A stretch of 63,201 nucleotides of DNA from an uncultured Clostridia bacterium (lineage in GTDB: Bacteria > Bacillota > Clostridia > Christensenellales > UBA1242): the NCBI GenBank assembly GCA_947630405.1, contig CANRHL010000002.1, positions 1 through 63,201 on the forward strand, written 5' to 3'. The notes below the pieces were generated by a model, which worked only from the letters and a program-made list of their open reading frames with translations, searched no databases and was not told the DNA's origin. Every line of letters starts with the position of its first letter. The stretch's first letter is position 1. Positions 26,582-34,419 of this stretch are shown here, piece by piece. The translations under genes were made by a program, and so were the position numbers.

Positions 26582-27107
26582 AGTCGCCATAAATTCGCTT
26601 AATTTTGTATATAGATTTATAATCTTCAACAAAAAGTTTCATAATAGGTTTAAATAGATGTTTTTTTAAATATTTTGTTAAAGTTCTCTTGTTCTTTTTC
26701 TGCATAATATCGCTAAAATTTTTATTTGCAGTAATGAAAGTGTAATATATGCAATTTTTAATGTCCACATCAAACTCTTTGCTCACTTTTTTGGCGGTGT
26801 TAATTAAAAACACAAAATACTCATTAAAGCAGCCCAAATCTGTTAATTGCACATTAACCGCATATTTTTCGTTATAATCGTCACACAACACCTTCATTAA
26901 TATGCACGCCCACACGCTAAACAACATAAAGCAATAATCATTTGAGTTCTTGCACATATTAAAAAATTCGTTTGAAGAGGCAACATCTTGCTCGCTAATT
27001 TCGGCAAACTGGTCGGTGTTGAAGTCTTCAAAAGTGTCGTCCCTATCTAACAAACTGAATATGTAATTAGAAATTTCAGTGTTAAATTTTGCTTCGTTGA
27101 TATCCAT
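26580..27107 (-). CDS. hypothetical protein (orphan, antisense to the surrounding operons)
   Basis: 175 aa from ATG 27107 (AGGAG SD at 27113-27117). The track's TTG 27143 start overlaps the promoter. Acidic N-terminus, Cys-rich hydrophobic core. No family recognised. Confidence 0.5.
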   Translation of the reverse strand: MDINEAKFNTEISNYIFSLLDRDDTFEDFNTDQFAEISEQDVASSNEFFNMCKNSNDYCFMLFSVWACILMKVLCDDYNEKYAVNVQLTDLGCFNEYFVFLINTAKKVSKEFDVDIKNCIYYTFITANKNFSDIMQKKNKRTLTKYLKKHLFKPIMKLFVEDYKSIYKIKRIYGD

Positions 27108-27123
27108 ATCTTCTCCTAGGGTT

Positions 27124-27151
27124 ATTTTAATATTAAATTTCAATTTGTCAA
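27124..27151 (-). promoter_or_regulatory. sigma-A type promoter of the minus-strand orphan
   Basis: On the minus strand: TTGACA (27151-27146), 16 nt, TAAAAT (27129-27124). Confidence 0.55.
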
Positions 27152-27264
27152 TATGCTTTTAAAAAATTTTTAAAAAAGCCTACAAAATAGAGTGCTTATA
27201 AAGTTAATTAATTTGTGAAAAGAAAATAAATTTAGGTTTTTTAAAAAAAAAATTTAAAAAACCC

Positions 27265-27293
27265 TTTACAAATAAAAAAATATATGTTATACT
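27265..27293 (+). promoter_or_regulatory. sigma-A type promoter of the rpsP operon
   Basis: TTTACA 27265-27270, 17 nt, TGtTATACT with -10 at 27288-27293. Preceded by long A/T tracts that look like an UP element. Confidence 0.6.
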
Positions 27294-27327
27294 TGTAAAG
27301 TAATTTAGCTTTACAGACGCGTAAAGC
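27294..27327 (+). promoter_or_regulatory. rpsP leader with two mutually exclusive hairpins
   Basis: TGTAAAG (27294-27300) pairs with CTTTACA (27309-27315). Alternatively CTTTAC (27309-27314) pairs with GTAAAG (27321-27326). Confidence 0.3.
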
Positions 27328-27343
27328 AATAAAAGGAGAATAT

Positions 27344-27640
27344 ATGGCAGTAAAAATTAGGTTAACCCGTTTAGGCGACAAAAAATCACCTTTCTATCGT
27401 GTTGTGGTTGCAGATGCGCGTGTTGCAAGAGATGGCAAATATATTGCTCAACTTGGCACTTACAATCCGCTTAAAAATCCAGCAGAAATCAAAATAGATA
27501 AGGAATTGGCACTTAAATGGTTAAAAAATGGTGCTCAACCAACCGAAACAACCAAGTCAATTTTGCAAACTGTTGGTGTTTTGGAAGTTAAGGGCAATAG
27601 CACACCTAAAACCAATAACAAGAAAAAGAAAAAAGATTAG
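27344..27640 (+). CDS. rpsP: 30S ribosomal protein S16 (with Lys-rich tail)
   Basis: [24 protein letters not shown] signature. Confidence 0.96.
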   Translation: MAVKIRLTRLGDKKSPFYRVVVADARVARDGKYIAQLGTYNPLKNPAEIKIDKELALKWLKNGAQPTETTKSILQTVGVLEVKGNSTPKTNNKKKKKD

Positions 27641-27653
27641 TTAGGAGTGGTGT

Positions 27654-27884
27654 ATGCAAGAAATGTTAGAGTACATTGTTAAAAACTTAGTTTCCGAGCC
27701 TGAAGCCGTTGTAGTTGAGGGCAAAGAGCAAGGCAAAAGCAAGGTTTTTAATGTTAAAGTTGCCAAAAAAGATTTAGGCAATGTAATTGGCCGCGGCGGC
27801 AACATCGCCAACGCAATTAGAACAGTGGTTAAATCGGTTGGCAATGGCAAAGAAAGGCTTATAATTAAGTTCGATGCAAAATAA
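27654..27884 (+). CDS. KH-domain RNA-binding protein (YlqC family)
   Basis: 76 aa with GNVIGRGGNIANAIRTV (GxxG). Conserved position after rpsP. Confidence 0.85.
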   Translation: MQEMLEYIVKNLVSEPEAVVVEGKEQGKSKVFNVKVAKKDLGNVIGRGGNIANAIRTVVKSVGNGKERLIIKFDAK

Positions 27885-28377
27885 TTTATTAGAAATCGGC
27901 AAAATTGTGCGCACTCACGGCATCAAAGGGGCAGTTAAAATTTTAAGTTACCTTGATGGCGTGAATTTTTCTATTTTCAAAAATGTGTTTGTTGGCGAGA
28001 AGTTTTTGCCCGCAAAAATAACCAAATGCCAGCCTCTGAACAACGATGCATATTCAATTTGCTTTGATATTATGCCTAATATTGAAACGGCAGAAAAATA
28101 TAAAAATCAGTCGGTTTTTGTTAATAGGGAAGATTATAAAGAATTAAAAGATAAAATTTATTTATCCGATTTAATTAACAAGCCTGTTGTTAACGAAAAA
28201 GGCAAAGAAATTGGCACAGTGGTGGATTTTGACGATTATGGTGCAAGCGTAATTTTAACAATAAGATGTGGCTCAGTGGATTATCAAATACCATATGTTG
28301 ATGAGATTATAGAATTTAATGCTGACCTAGATGCGTTTTTAATAAATCAACAAAAATTTGAGGATATTAGAATATGA
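27874..28377 (+). CDS. rimM: 16S rRNA processing protein RimM
   Basis: 167 aa. IGKIVRTHGIKG N-terminus. Position between the KH protein and trmD. Confidence 0.88.
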   Translation: MQNNLLEIGKIVRTHGIKGAVKILSYLDGVNFSIFKNVFVGEKFLPAKITKCQPLNNDAYSICFDIMPNIETAEKYKNQSVFVNREDYKELKDKIYLSDLINKPVVNEKGKEIGTVVDFDDYGASVILTIRCGSVDYQIPYVDEIIEFNADLDAFLINQQKFEDIRI

Positions 28378-29054
28378 AAATAGATATTTTAACGCTTTTC
28401 CCCGAAATGTTTGCTCCCCTTAAAGAGAGCATTATTAAACGCGCGGTTGAAAAGGGCAAAGTTAAAATAAACATTATCAATATTCGAGATTTTGCCGCTC
28501 CGCCACACTATAAGTGCGACGACGAGCCTTTTGGCGGCGGTGCAGGTATGGTTATGATGTGTGAGCCGCTTTTTAAGGCAATAGAAAGCGTGAAAAAAAC
28601 CGGCTCGCAAATTTACTATATGTCGCCACGCGGCAAAGTGTTTGACCAACAAACGGCTGTTAAACTATCTAAAAAAAGGCATTTGATACTCATTTGCGGG
28701 CATTATGAAGGCATTGACCAGCGCGTGTTGGACTATTTTAAAATTCAAGAACTTTCTATTGGCGACTATGTGCTAACGGGTGGCGAATTGCCAGCAATGG
28801 TGGTTGCCGACACTATTATAAGGCTAATCCCAGACGTTATAACTGCCGAAAGCACGGTTGAAGAAAGTTTTTCAAACAACCTTCTTGAGTATAATCAATA
28901 CACGCGCCCGGCAACTTTTAGGGGGATGAGTGTGCCAGAAGTGTTGTTAAACGGCAACCACAAAAAAATTAAAGAATATAGGGCAAAAGAAGCACTCGAA
29001 ATTACTAAGCGTAACCGCCCCGATTTGTTAAATAAAAAGAAAACCGCTAAATAA
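28374..29054 (+). CDS. trmD: tRNA (guanine37-N1)-methyltransferase
   Basis: 226 aa. ILTLFPEMF, DDEPFGGGAGMVM, CGHYEGIDQRV. Confidence 0.95.
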   Translation: MKIDILTLFPEMFAPLKESIIKRAVEKGKVKINIINIRDFAAPPHYKCDDEPFGGGAGMVMMCEPLFKAIESVKKTGSQIYYMSPRGKVFDQQTAVKLSKKRHLILICGHYEGIDQRVLDYFKIQELSIGDYVLTGGELPAMVVADTIIRLIPDVITAESTVEESFSNNLLEYNQYTRPATFRGMSVPEVLLNGNHKKIKEYRAKEALEITKRNRPDLLNKKKTAK

Positions 29055-29068
29055 AGTGGTTTTTTATT
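29041..29068 (+). terminator. putative terminator overlapping the trmD stop
   Basis: AAACCGCT / AGTGGTTT stem with one G-U pair, followed by a T-run. Confidence 0.45.
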
Positions 29069-29096
29069 TGAAAATTTTATGCTTTTATGATAATAT
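29068..29096 (+). promoter_or_regulatory. sigma-A type promoter of rbgA, leaderless geometry
   Basis: TTGAAA 29068-29073, 17 nt, TGaTAATAT with -10 at 29091-29096, then 6 nt and ATG 29103. Confidence 0.5.
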
Positions 29097-29102
29097 AGGG
29101 TT

Positions 29103-29933
29103 ATGATTAATTGGTTTCCGGGGCATATGAATAAAACGTTAAAGCAAATGCAAAGTGATAGTAAACTTTGCGATTGTTTCATTTATGTGCTAGATGCACG
29201 CTGCCCAATTAGTTGCATTAATCCCGAATTTTTAAAAGTGGTTAAAGATAAACCTATAATTTATGTGCTAAATAAGGCAGATTTAGTTAACGCAACCGAC
29301 ATAAGCAGTTTTAAGACATATTTCACAAAGCAAGGGCAGGCGTGCGTTAGTTTAAACGCAACGATAAGTGGCGGCACAAAAATAATAATAAACACAATTA
29401 ACAACATTTTTAAAGATAGGCTTGCAGCCAACAAACAAAAAAATGTAAACTTTATTACTCGCGCCATGGTGCTGGGCGTGCCAAATTCGGGCAAATCTAC
29501 CATTGTAAATAATCTTTGCAACAAGGCCCGGGCAATAACCGGCAACAAAGCAGGGGTAACTCGCAGCAAACAATGGGTTAAGGTAACCGAAAACATTGAA
29601 ATTATGGACACTCCCGGTGTGTTGCTACCAAATTTTGATGATGATGAAAAGGCATATAATCTTGCAATCGTAGGCTCGGTTAAAGACGAAGTTTTAAACC
29701 TTGTTGAAATTGCTTTAAAATTGATTGCCCGGCTAGATAAACAACTTTTAATAACTAAATATGGTGTAGAAATTGATAAAAATACACCAAATAATGTAGT
29801 ATTAGAAAAAATAGGTAAAAAGCGTGGCTGTGTTATAAAGGGTGGCGAAATTGATATTGAAAGAACGGCAAAATTGCTTTTAACCGATTTTCGCTCGGGC
29901 AAGATTGGCAAAATTTGTTTAGAAAAAATTTAA
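29103..29933 (+). CDS. rbgA: ribosome biogenesis GTPase A (YlqF/RbgA, circularly permuted GTPase)
   Basis: 276 aa. NKADL (G4) precedes GVPNSGKST (G1) and DTPG (G3). Confidence 0.88.
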   Translation: MINWFPGHMNKTLKQMQSDSKLCDCFIYVLDARCPISCINPEFLKVVKDKPIIYVLNKADLVNATDISSFKTYFTKQGQACVSLNATISGGTKIIINTINNIFKDRLAANKQKNVNFITRAMVLGVPNSGKSTIVNNLCNKARAITGNKAGVTRSKQWVKVTENIEIMDTPGVLLPNFDDDEKAYNLAIVGSVKDEVLNLVEIALKLIARLDKQLLITKYGVEIDKNTPNNVVLEKIGKKRGCVIKGGEIDIERTAKLLLTDFRSGKIGKICLEKI

Positions 29934-29941
29934 TTTAAAAA

Positions 29942-29970
29942 TTGCCAAATTAAATAAATTACATTAAAAT
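29942..29970 (+). promoter_or_regulatory. sigma-A type promoter of rnhB
   Basis: TTGCCA 29942-29947, 17 nt, TAAAAT 29965-29970. Confidence 0.5.
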
Positions 29971-29982
29971 AGTAGGGTAAAT

Positions 29983-30609
29983 ATGATAAACACAAAAGCA
30001 ATTTTTGATTTTGATAAATCGTTATTAAATAATAAAATTAAGTTAATTGCTGGCATTGACGAAGTTGGTCGTGGACCACTTGCGGGGCCGGTTGTTACCG
30101 CATGCGTTATTATGGATTATAAAGAAATGATTGACGGCGTGTTTGATAGCAAGCAAGTAACGAAAAAGAATAGAGAATTATTATATGACCAAATTTTAGC
30201 GCACGCGAAAGCGGTTTCAATTAGTTTAAGAGATAATAATAGGATTGACGAAATCAACATTTTGCAGGCAACAATTGAGAGCATGAAAGAAAGTTTCAAT
30301 AAACTTGTTATAAAGCCCGACATTCTTTTGATTGATGCCGTTAAACTAAATGTTTGCGAAAATGAAAAGTCAATTATTAAGGGCGACGAAAAGAGTTATG
30401 CCATTGCTTGTGCGTCTATTGTTGCCAAAGTTTATAGGGATAGATTGATGGCAGATTTAGCAAAAACATATCCTAATTATGATTTTGAAAACAATGTTGG
30501 CTACGGCACTAAAAAGCATTACGAAGCAATTAAAAAATATGGCATAACGCCAATTCACAGACTATCATTTTTAAAGAAATTTAACGAAGAACAAGCAAAA
30601 GAGGGGTAA
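29983..30609 (+). CDS. rnhB: ribonuclease HII
   Basis: 208 aa. GIDEVGRGPLAGPVV, DSK and GYGT motifs. Confidence 0.93.
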   Translation: MINTKAIFDFDKSLLNNKIKLIAGIDEVGRGPLAGPVVTACVIMDYKEMIDGVFDSKQVTKKNRELLYDQILAHAKAVSISLRDNNRIDEINILQATIESMKESFNKLVIKPDILLIDAVKLNVCENEKSIIKGDEKSYAIACASIVAKVYRDRLMADLAKTYPNYDFENNVGYGTKKHYEAIKKYGITPIHRLSFLKKFNEEQAKEG

Positions 30610-30610
30610 A

Positions 30611-30958
30611 ATGGAGCATTTATTATATGGCAAGAAAAATGAAGCACTTGCCACAAGTTATTTAAAGAAAAAGGGCTACACAATTGTTGCAAATAACTAT
30701 AAAAATAAAATTGGCGAAATTGACATTATTGCCAAGTTTAATGATTGTTATGTGTTTGTTGAAGTGAAGGGCAGAATGTCTAGGAAATTTGGCGACCCAC
30801 TTGAAGCAATTGACGCACGCAAACAACAAAAAATCCGCATGGTTGCCACAATGTTTTTAAAAGAGCGCGGTTTGTTAGAAACCCCTTGCCGTTTTGACGC
30901 AATCTCAGTTTTAGGCGACAACGATGCCGAAATTCGCCACATAGAAAACGCCTTTTAA
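30611..30958 (+). CDS. yraN: YraN-family (UPF0102) endonuclease-like protein
   Basis: 115 aa. GEIDIIA...VFVEVK..., PD-(D/E)xK-like fold. Confidence 0.85.
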   Translation: MEHLLYGKKNEALATSYLKKKGYTIVANNYKNKIGEIDIIAKFNDCYVFVEVKGRMSRKFGDPLEAIDARKQQKIRMVATMFLKERGLLETPCRFDAISVLGDNDAEIRHIENAF

Positions 30959-30970
30959 AAACTTAATTAC

Positions 30971-31001
30971 TTGACAAACTTAGGTAAGGTTCTGCTATAA
31001 T
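30971..31001 (+). promoter_or_regulatory. promoter of the S8-like gene
   Basis: TTGACA 30971-30976, 19-nt spacer, extended -10 TGcTATAAT with -10 at 30996-31001. Confidence 0.45.
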
Positions 31002-31031
31002 TAAAACAGAACAACAAGAAAGGAGAAAAAT

Positions 31032-32312
31032 ATGGATTTAAAGAAAGGTTACAAAGAATTTAAAGCGCTTATTAGTGGAGGTATAAAACGCAACAACTCC
31101 ATAGAAAAGTTTTTAAGTGAGGATTTTGACATTGAAAAGGCAATTCAAACAAAAATAGAGTATGACAAAGAACTTGCAAAACTTTTGAAACAACCTAAAA
31201 CGCCTGAAACCGAAGCCCGAATTGATAAATTAAGGGCAAAGAAAAAAGAATTAAACGACATTATATATAATAGCGATTTTATGTGGGGCTTTTCATATGA
31301 AGATTTATCAGGCTATGATTTATCTAATGTGCCAATTGAAAAATTGATGCGCATTCCTTTCAGCACAGATACAAAATGGCCAGCAAAATCCAAACTCCCA
31401 AAGGGTTTTGACCCTGAAGAAATTCTTGCCGCAGCCAAGAGTTTTAAAGGTTTGGGTGTGGAGCGACTACATAAGCATGGCATAACAGGTAAAGGGGTTA
31501 AAGTTGCCTATATTGATAAAAATTTAGATTTATCTCACGAAGAATTTGCAGATAGAAAAATTGATTTAGTTAAAGTTCAAAAGAATAAGAATTTAGATTT
31601 TCACGGCTATTCAGTTTTAGCAAGATTAATGGGGAAAAACGTGGGCATTGCACCCGATGTTGAGTGTGTCTATTATGCTTGTGAAGGGGAACAGGGTGGC
31701 AGGCAAAAATATTTTGAATCTAATTTAGACTATGAATTTTCAGCCCTAAAAGATGTTATAAAAAGAGTTAAATCGGGCGAAGAGATTGCGGCAGTTGGCT
31801 TATCCGCATCAATTCCTTATCATATTAGTTTAGTCGCAAACGGGGATAAAGAAAAGGAAGAAAAGTTATTAAAAAAATATAATAAACTTGTAAAAGAACT
31901 TGCAGAATATGGTTGCGTTATTTTTAGTTCGGAAGAATTTTGGAACAACAACTTTTCTTACTCATTTAAAATTGACCCAACAAAAGAAAATGATGATTTA
32001 GATAATTATGTGGCAAATGTTCCGCAAAAAGATGCCGCCACAGTTATTGATGCCGGCAAATTAACTCCGCTAGTTAGTTCAACAATTGGATATAAATATG
32101 AAAACAATTTGGGTTGTGCTAGTTGGAGCATTCCGCAAGTTTTGGGCTTATATTGCTTGGCAAAACAAGTTAATGCAAATTTGACTTTTGAAGAATTTGT
32201 GGATATCGCACACAAAACCGCACGCGAAAATAAAAATGGTACAAAATTAATTGATGCGGTTGAACTTGTTAAAGAAGTTAAATTAACCCTTTCCGATGGA
32301 GTTGGGGTGTAA
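31032..32312 (+). CDS. subtilase (peptidase S8)-like protein without a signal peptide
   Basis: 426 aa. GKGVKVAYIDKN (Asp box), FHGYSVLARLMG (His box) and GCASWSIPQVLG (atypical Ser box). The N-terminal ~140 aa are hydrophilic or coiled, with no TM or signal sequence. Confidence 0.6.
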   Translation: MDLKKGYKEFKALISGGIKRNNSIEKFLSEDFDIEKAIQTKIEYDKELAKLLKQPKTPETEARIDKLRAKKKELNDIIYNSDFMWGFSYEDLSGYDLSNVPIEKLMRIPFSTDTKWPAKSKLPKGFDPEEILAAAKSFKGLGVERLHKHGITGKGVKVAYIDKNLDLSHEEFADRKIDLVKVQKNKNLDFHGYSVLARLMGKNVGIAPDVECVYYACEGEQGGRQKYFESNLDYEFSALKDVIKRVKSGEEIAAVGLSASIPYHISLVANGDKEKEEKLLKKYNKLVKELAEYGCVIFSSEEFWNNNFSYSFKIDPTKENDDLDNYVANVPQKDAATVIDAGKLTPLVSSTIGYKYENNLGCASWSIPQVLGLYCLAKQVNANLTFEEFVDIAHKTARENKNGTKLIDAVELVKEVKLTLSDGVGV

Positions 32313-32315
32313 ATT

Positions 32316-32337
32316 CGAATAATTTACGAATAATTTA
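32316..32337 (+). repeat. perfect tandem direct repeat, 2 x 11 nt (CGAATAATTTA)
   Basis: 32316-32326 equals 32327-32337. Lies between the S8-like stop and the rplS -35 box. Confidence 0.9.
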
Positions 32338-32359
32338 TGAAAAATTTTTTAAAAAACAC

Positions 32360-32388
32360 TTGCAAATTGTAAAATTATGTGTTATTAT
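32360..32388 (+). promoter_or_regulatory. sigma-A type promoter of rplS
   Basis: TTGCAA 32360-32365, 17 nt, TATTAT 32383-32388. Confidence 0.55.
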
Positions 32389-32396
32389 ACACAAGT

Positions 32397-32430
32397 TGAT
32401 TATTGGCGGTCCGCTATGTTCCAATCATAA
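32397..32430 (+). promoter_or_regulatory. possible L19 (rplS) leader hairpin
   Basis: TGATTATTGG / CCAATCATAA imperfect stem (8 of 10 bp) in the ~65-nt leader. An L19 autoregulatory leader is known upstream of rplS in Firmicutes, but I cannot verify a match to that model. Confidence 0.3.
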
Positions 32431-32453
32431 GAACGTCAAAATAGGAGGTAAAA

Positions 32454-32795
32454 ATGACTATTATCGACCAAATCGAGAAAGAACAAGTTAGAACAGACAT
32501 TACTCCTTTCAATATTGGAGACACTGTGCGTGTTATGTACAAAGTGAAGGAAGGAGATAAAGAGCGTGTTCAAGCCTATGAGGGCGTTGTAATTGCTAAA
32601 AAAGGTGCGGGAGTTAGAGAAAACTTTACAGTAAGGCGCATTTCATTTGGTGTTGGTGTTGAGAGAACTTTCCCAACAAATAGCCCAAGAATTGAAAAAG
32701 TTATTGTCGTTCGTAAAGGTAAGGTTCGCCGTGCTAAAATATATTACATCCGCAATCTTTCTGGTAAGGCAGCAAAAGTTAAAGAAGTTAGATAA
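32454..32795 (+). CDS. rplS: 50S ribosomal protein L19
   Basis: 113 aa. [26 protein letters not shown] signature. AGGAGG SD. Confidence 0.97.
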   Translation: MTIIDQIEKEQVRTDITPFNIGDTVRVMYKVKEGDKERVQAYEGVVIAKKGAGVRENFTVRRISFGVGVERTFPTNSPRIEKVIVVRKGKVRRAKIYYIRNLSGKAAKVKEVR

Positions 32796-32820
32796 GGCAG
32801 CAATGCCTTTTTTCTTTTTT
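32794..32820 (+). terminator. rho-independent terminator
   Basis: AAGGCA/TGCCTT stem followed by a T-run. Confidence 0.7.
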
Positions 32821-32850
32821 ATATTTTCAAACATTTGTTCGATAAATCAG

Positions 32851-32879
32851 TTGACTAAAATTGGAAAAATTTGTAAAAT
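32851..32879 (+). promoter_or_regulatory. sigma-A type promoter of comM-dprA-topA, leaderless geometry
   Basis: TTGACT 32851-32856, 17 nt, TAAAAT 32874-32879, then 6 nt and ATG 32886. No SD. Confidence 0.55.
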
Positions 32880-32885
32880 AAAAGC

Positions 32886-34418
32886 ATGTTAGCAAAAATT
32901 TTATCGTATGGATTAACGGGTATAACAGGTTATCCCGTTACAATTGAATTAGACATTAACGCAGGTTTGCCGGGTTATGATGTAGTTGGCTTGGCAGATA
33001 CCGCAATTAAGGAAAGCAAAAGCAGGGTTAAGGCTGCCATTAAAAATAGCACCTATAACTATCCAATCAGCAAGGTTATAATAAATCTTGCGCCGGCGGA
33101 CACTAAAAAAGAAGGCAGTTTGTATGATTTACCAATAGCCCTTGGTATTTTGGTTGCCGAAGAGGTTATAACCAACAATTCGCTTAAAGATTTTGTTGTG
33201 TTGGGCGAACTTAGCCTAAATGGCGATGTTAGAAAGTTAAACGGCATTTTGCCAATGTTAATTTCGGCAAAGCAAATGGGCTTTAACAAGTTCATAATTC
33301 CAAAAGACAACGCAATGGAAGCCGCTTTTATTGATAAAATTGAAGTTTATCCGGTTGAAACACTTAAACAAGTGGTTGGCTTTTTAAAGGGCGAAATTGA
33401 AATAAAACCAAATGATAACAAAACCTATGAAAGTGCACTTAAAGACCATAACTTTAAGCACGATTTTGCCTATGTTAAAGGTCAAGCGAGTGCAAAGCGC
33501 GCAATGGAAATTGCTGCTGCGGGCGGGCATAACATAATTTTAATTGGCCCACCAGGCGCGGGCAAAACCATGCTTGCAAAATGTTTCCCATCAATTTTGC
33601 CTGATTTAACTTTTGAAGAGAGTCTTGAAGTTACCAAAATACACAGTGTTGCAGGCGTACTTGACCCTAAAAAGGGCATTGTTGTTGAGCGCCCATTTAG
33701 AAGCCCACATCACACGGCAACGCTCATTGCCTTAACCGGCGGTGGCTTAAAAGCAAAGCCGGGCGAAATAAGTTTGGCGCATAATGGGGTGTTGTTCCTT
33801 GACGAGTTGCCCGAATATAACCGCAACACCATTGAAACCCTGCGTCAGCCTATGGAAGATGGCTATATAACAGTTGCAAGGAACGCACTCACTGTGCAGT
33901 ATCCGGCAAACTTTATTTTGGTTGCCAGCATGAACCCATGCCCATGCGGCTATTATGGCAGCACCACGCACGAGTGTAAATGCACGCCAACTGCAATTCA
34001 TAACTATTTATCTAAAATATCTGGCCCATTACTAGACAGAATTGACTTGCACATTGAAGTGGATAGCGTAAATTATGAAGAACTTTCAAACTACGAATTA
34101 GAAGAAAGCAGTGCCGAAATTAAAAAACGTGTTAACAAGGCGCGTGCAGTGCAATTAGAGCGCTTTAAAAATAGCGGCATTTATTCAAATAGCAAAATGA
34201 ACGAAAAGGAATTTAAAAAGTATTGCGCCCTAGATAAAGAGAGTAGCGACCTTATTGAACTTGCATTTAAAAAATTTAACCTTTCTGCGCGTGCGTATAA
34301 CCGCATATTAAAGGTGGCTAGAACCATTGCCGACCTAGACGGGAAAGAGCATATTGAGAAAAAGCATATAATGGAAGCAATACAATATAGAACTTTGGAT
34401 AAAAAATACACGGTGTAA
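32886..34418 (+). CDS. comM: Mg-chelatase-like AAA+ protein ComM/YifB
   Basis: 510 aa. N-terminal Lon-protease-like domain, GPPGAGKTM Walker A, LFLDELPE Walker B. Confidence 0.9.
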   Translation: MLAKILSYGLTGITGYPVTIELDINAGLPGYDVVGLADTAIKESKSRVKAAIKNSTYNYPISKVIINLAPADTKKEGSLYDLPIALGILVAEEVITNNSLKDFVVLGELSLNGDVRKLNGILPMLISAKQMGFNKFIIPKDNAMEAAFIDKIEVYPVETLKQVVGFLKGEIEIKPNDNKTYESALKDHNFKHDFAYVKGQASAKRAMEIAAAGGHNIILIGPPGAGKTMLAKCFPSILPDLTFEESLEVTKIHSVAGVLDPKKGIVVERPFRSPHHTATLIALTGGGLKAKPGEISLAHNGVLFLDELPEYNRNTIETLRQPMEDGYITVARNALTVQYPANFILVASMNPCPCGYYGSTTHECKCTPTAIHNYLSKISGPLLDRIDLHIEVDSVNYEELSNYELEESSAEIKKRVNKARAVQLERFKNSGIYSNSKMNEKEFKKYCALDKESSDLIELAFKKFNLSARAYNRILKVARTIADLDGKEHIEKKHIMEAIQYRTLDKKYTV

Positions 34419-34419
34419 A

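Noticed and set aside
27144-27262. A/T-tract-rich region (AAAAAATTTTTAAAAAA, GGTTTTTTAAAAAAAAAATTTAAAAAACCC) that at first looked like a repeat element or small RNA.
   Set aside because: It is only low-complexity A/T runs between two divergent promoters. It is best explained as curved DNA or an UP element, with no stable structured RNA or repeat unit.
29261-29911. 216-aa ORF on the minus strand covering almost all of rbgA.
   Set aside because: It is fully antisense to a well-supported GTPase gene and has no promoter, SD or motifs. Its composition (S/L/F/I-rich) is typical of shadow frames in AT-rich coding DNA.
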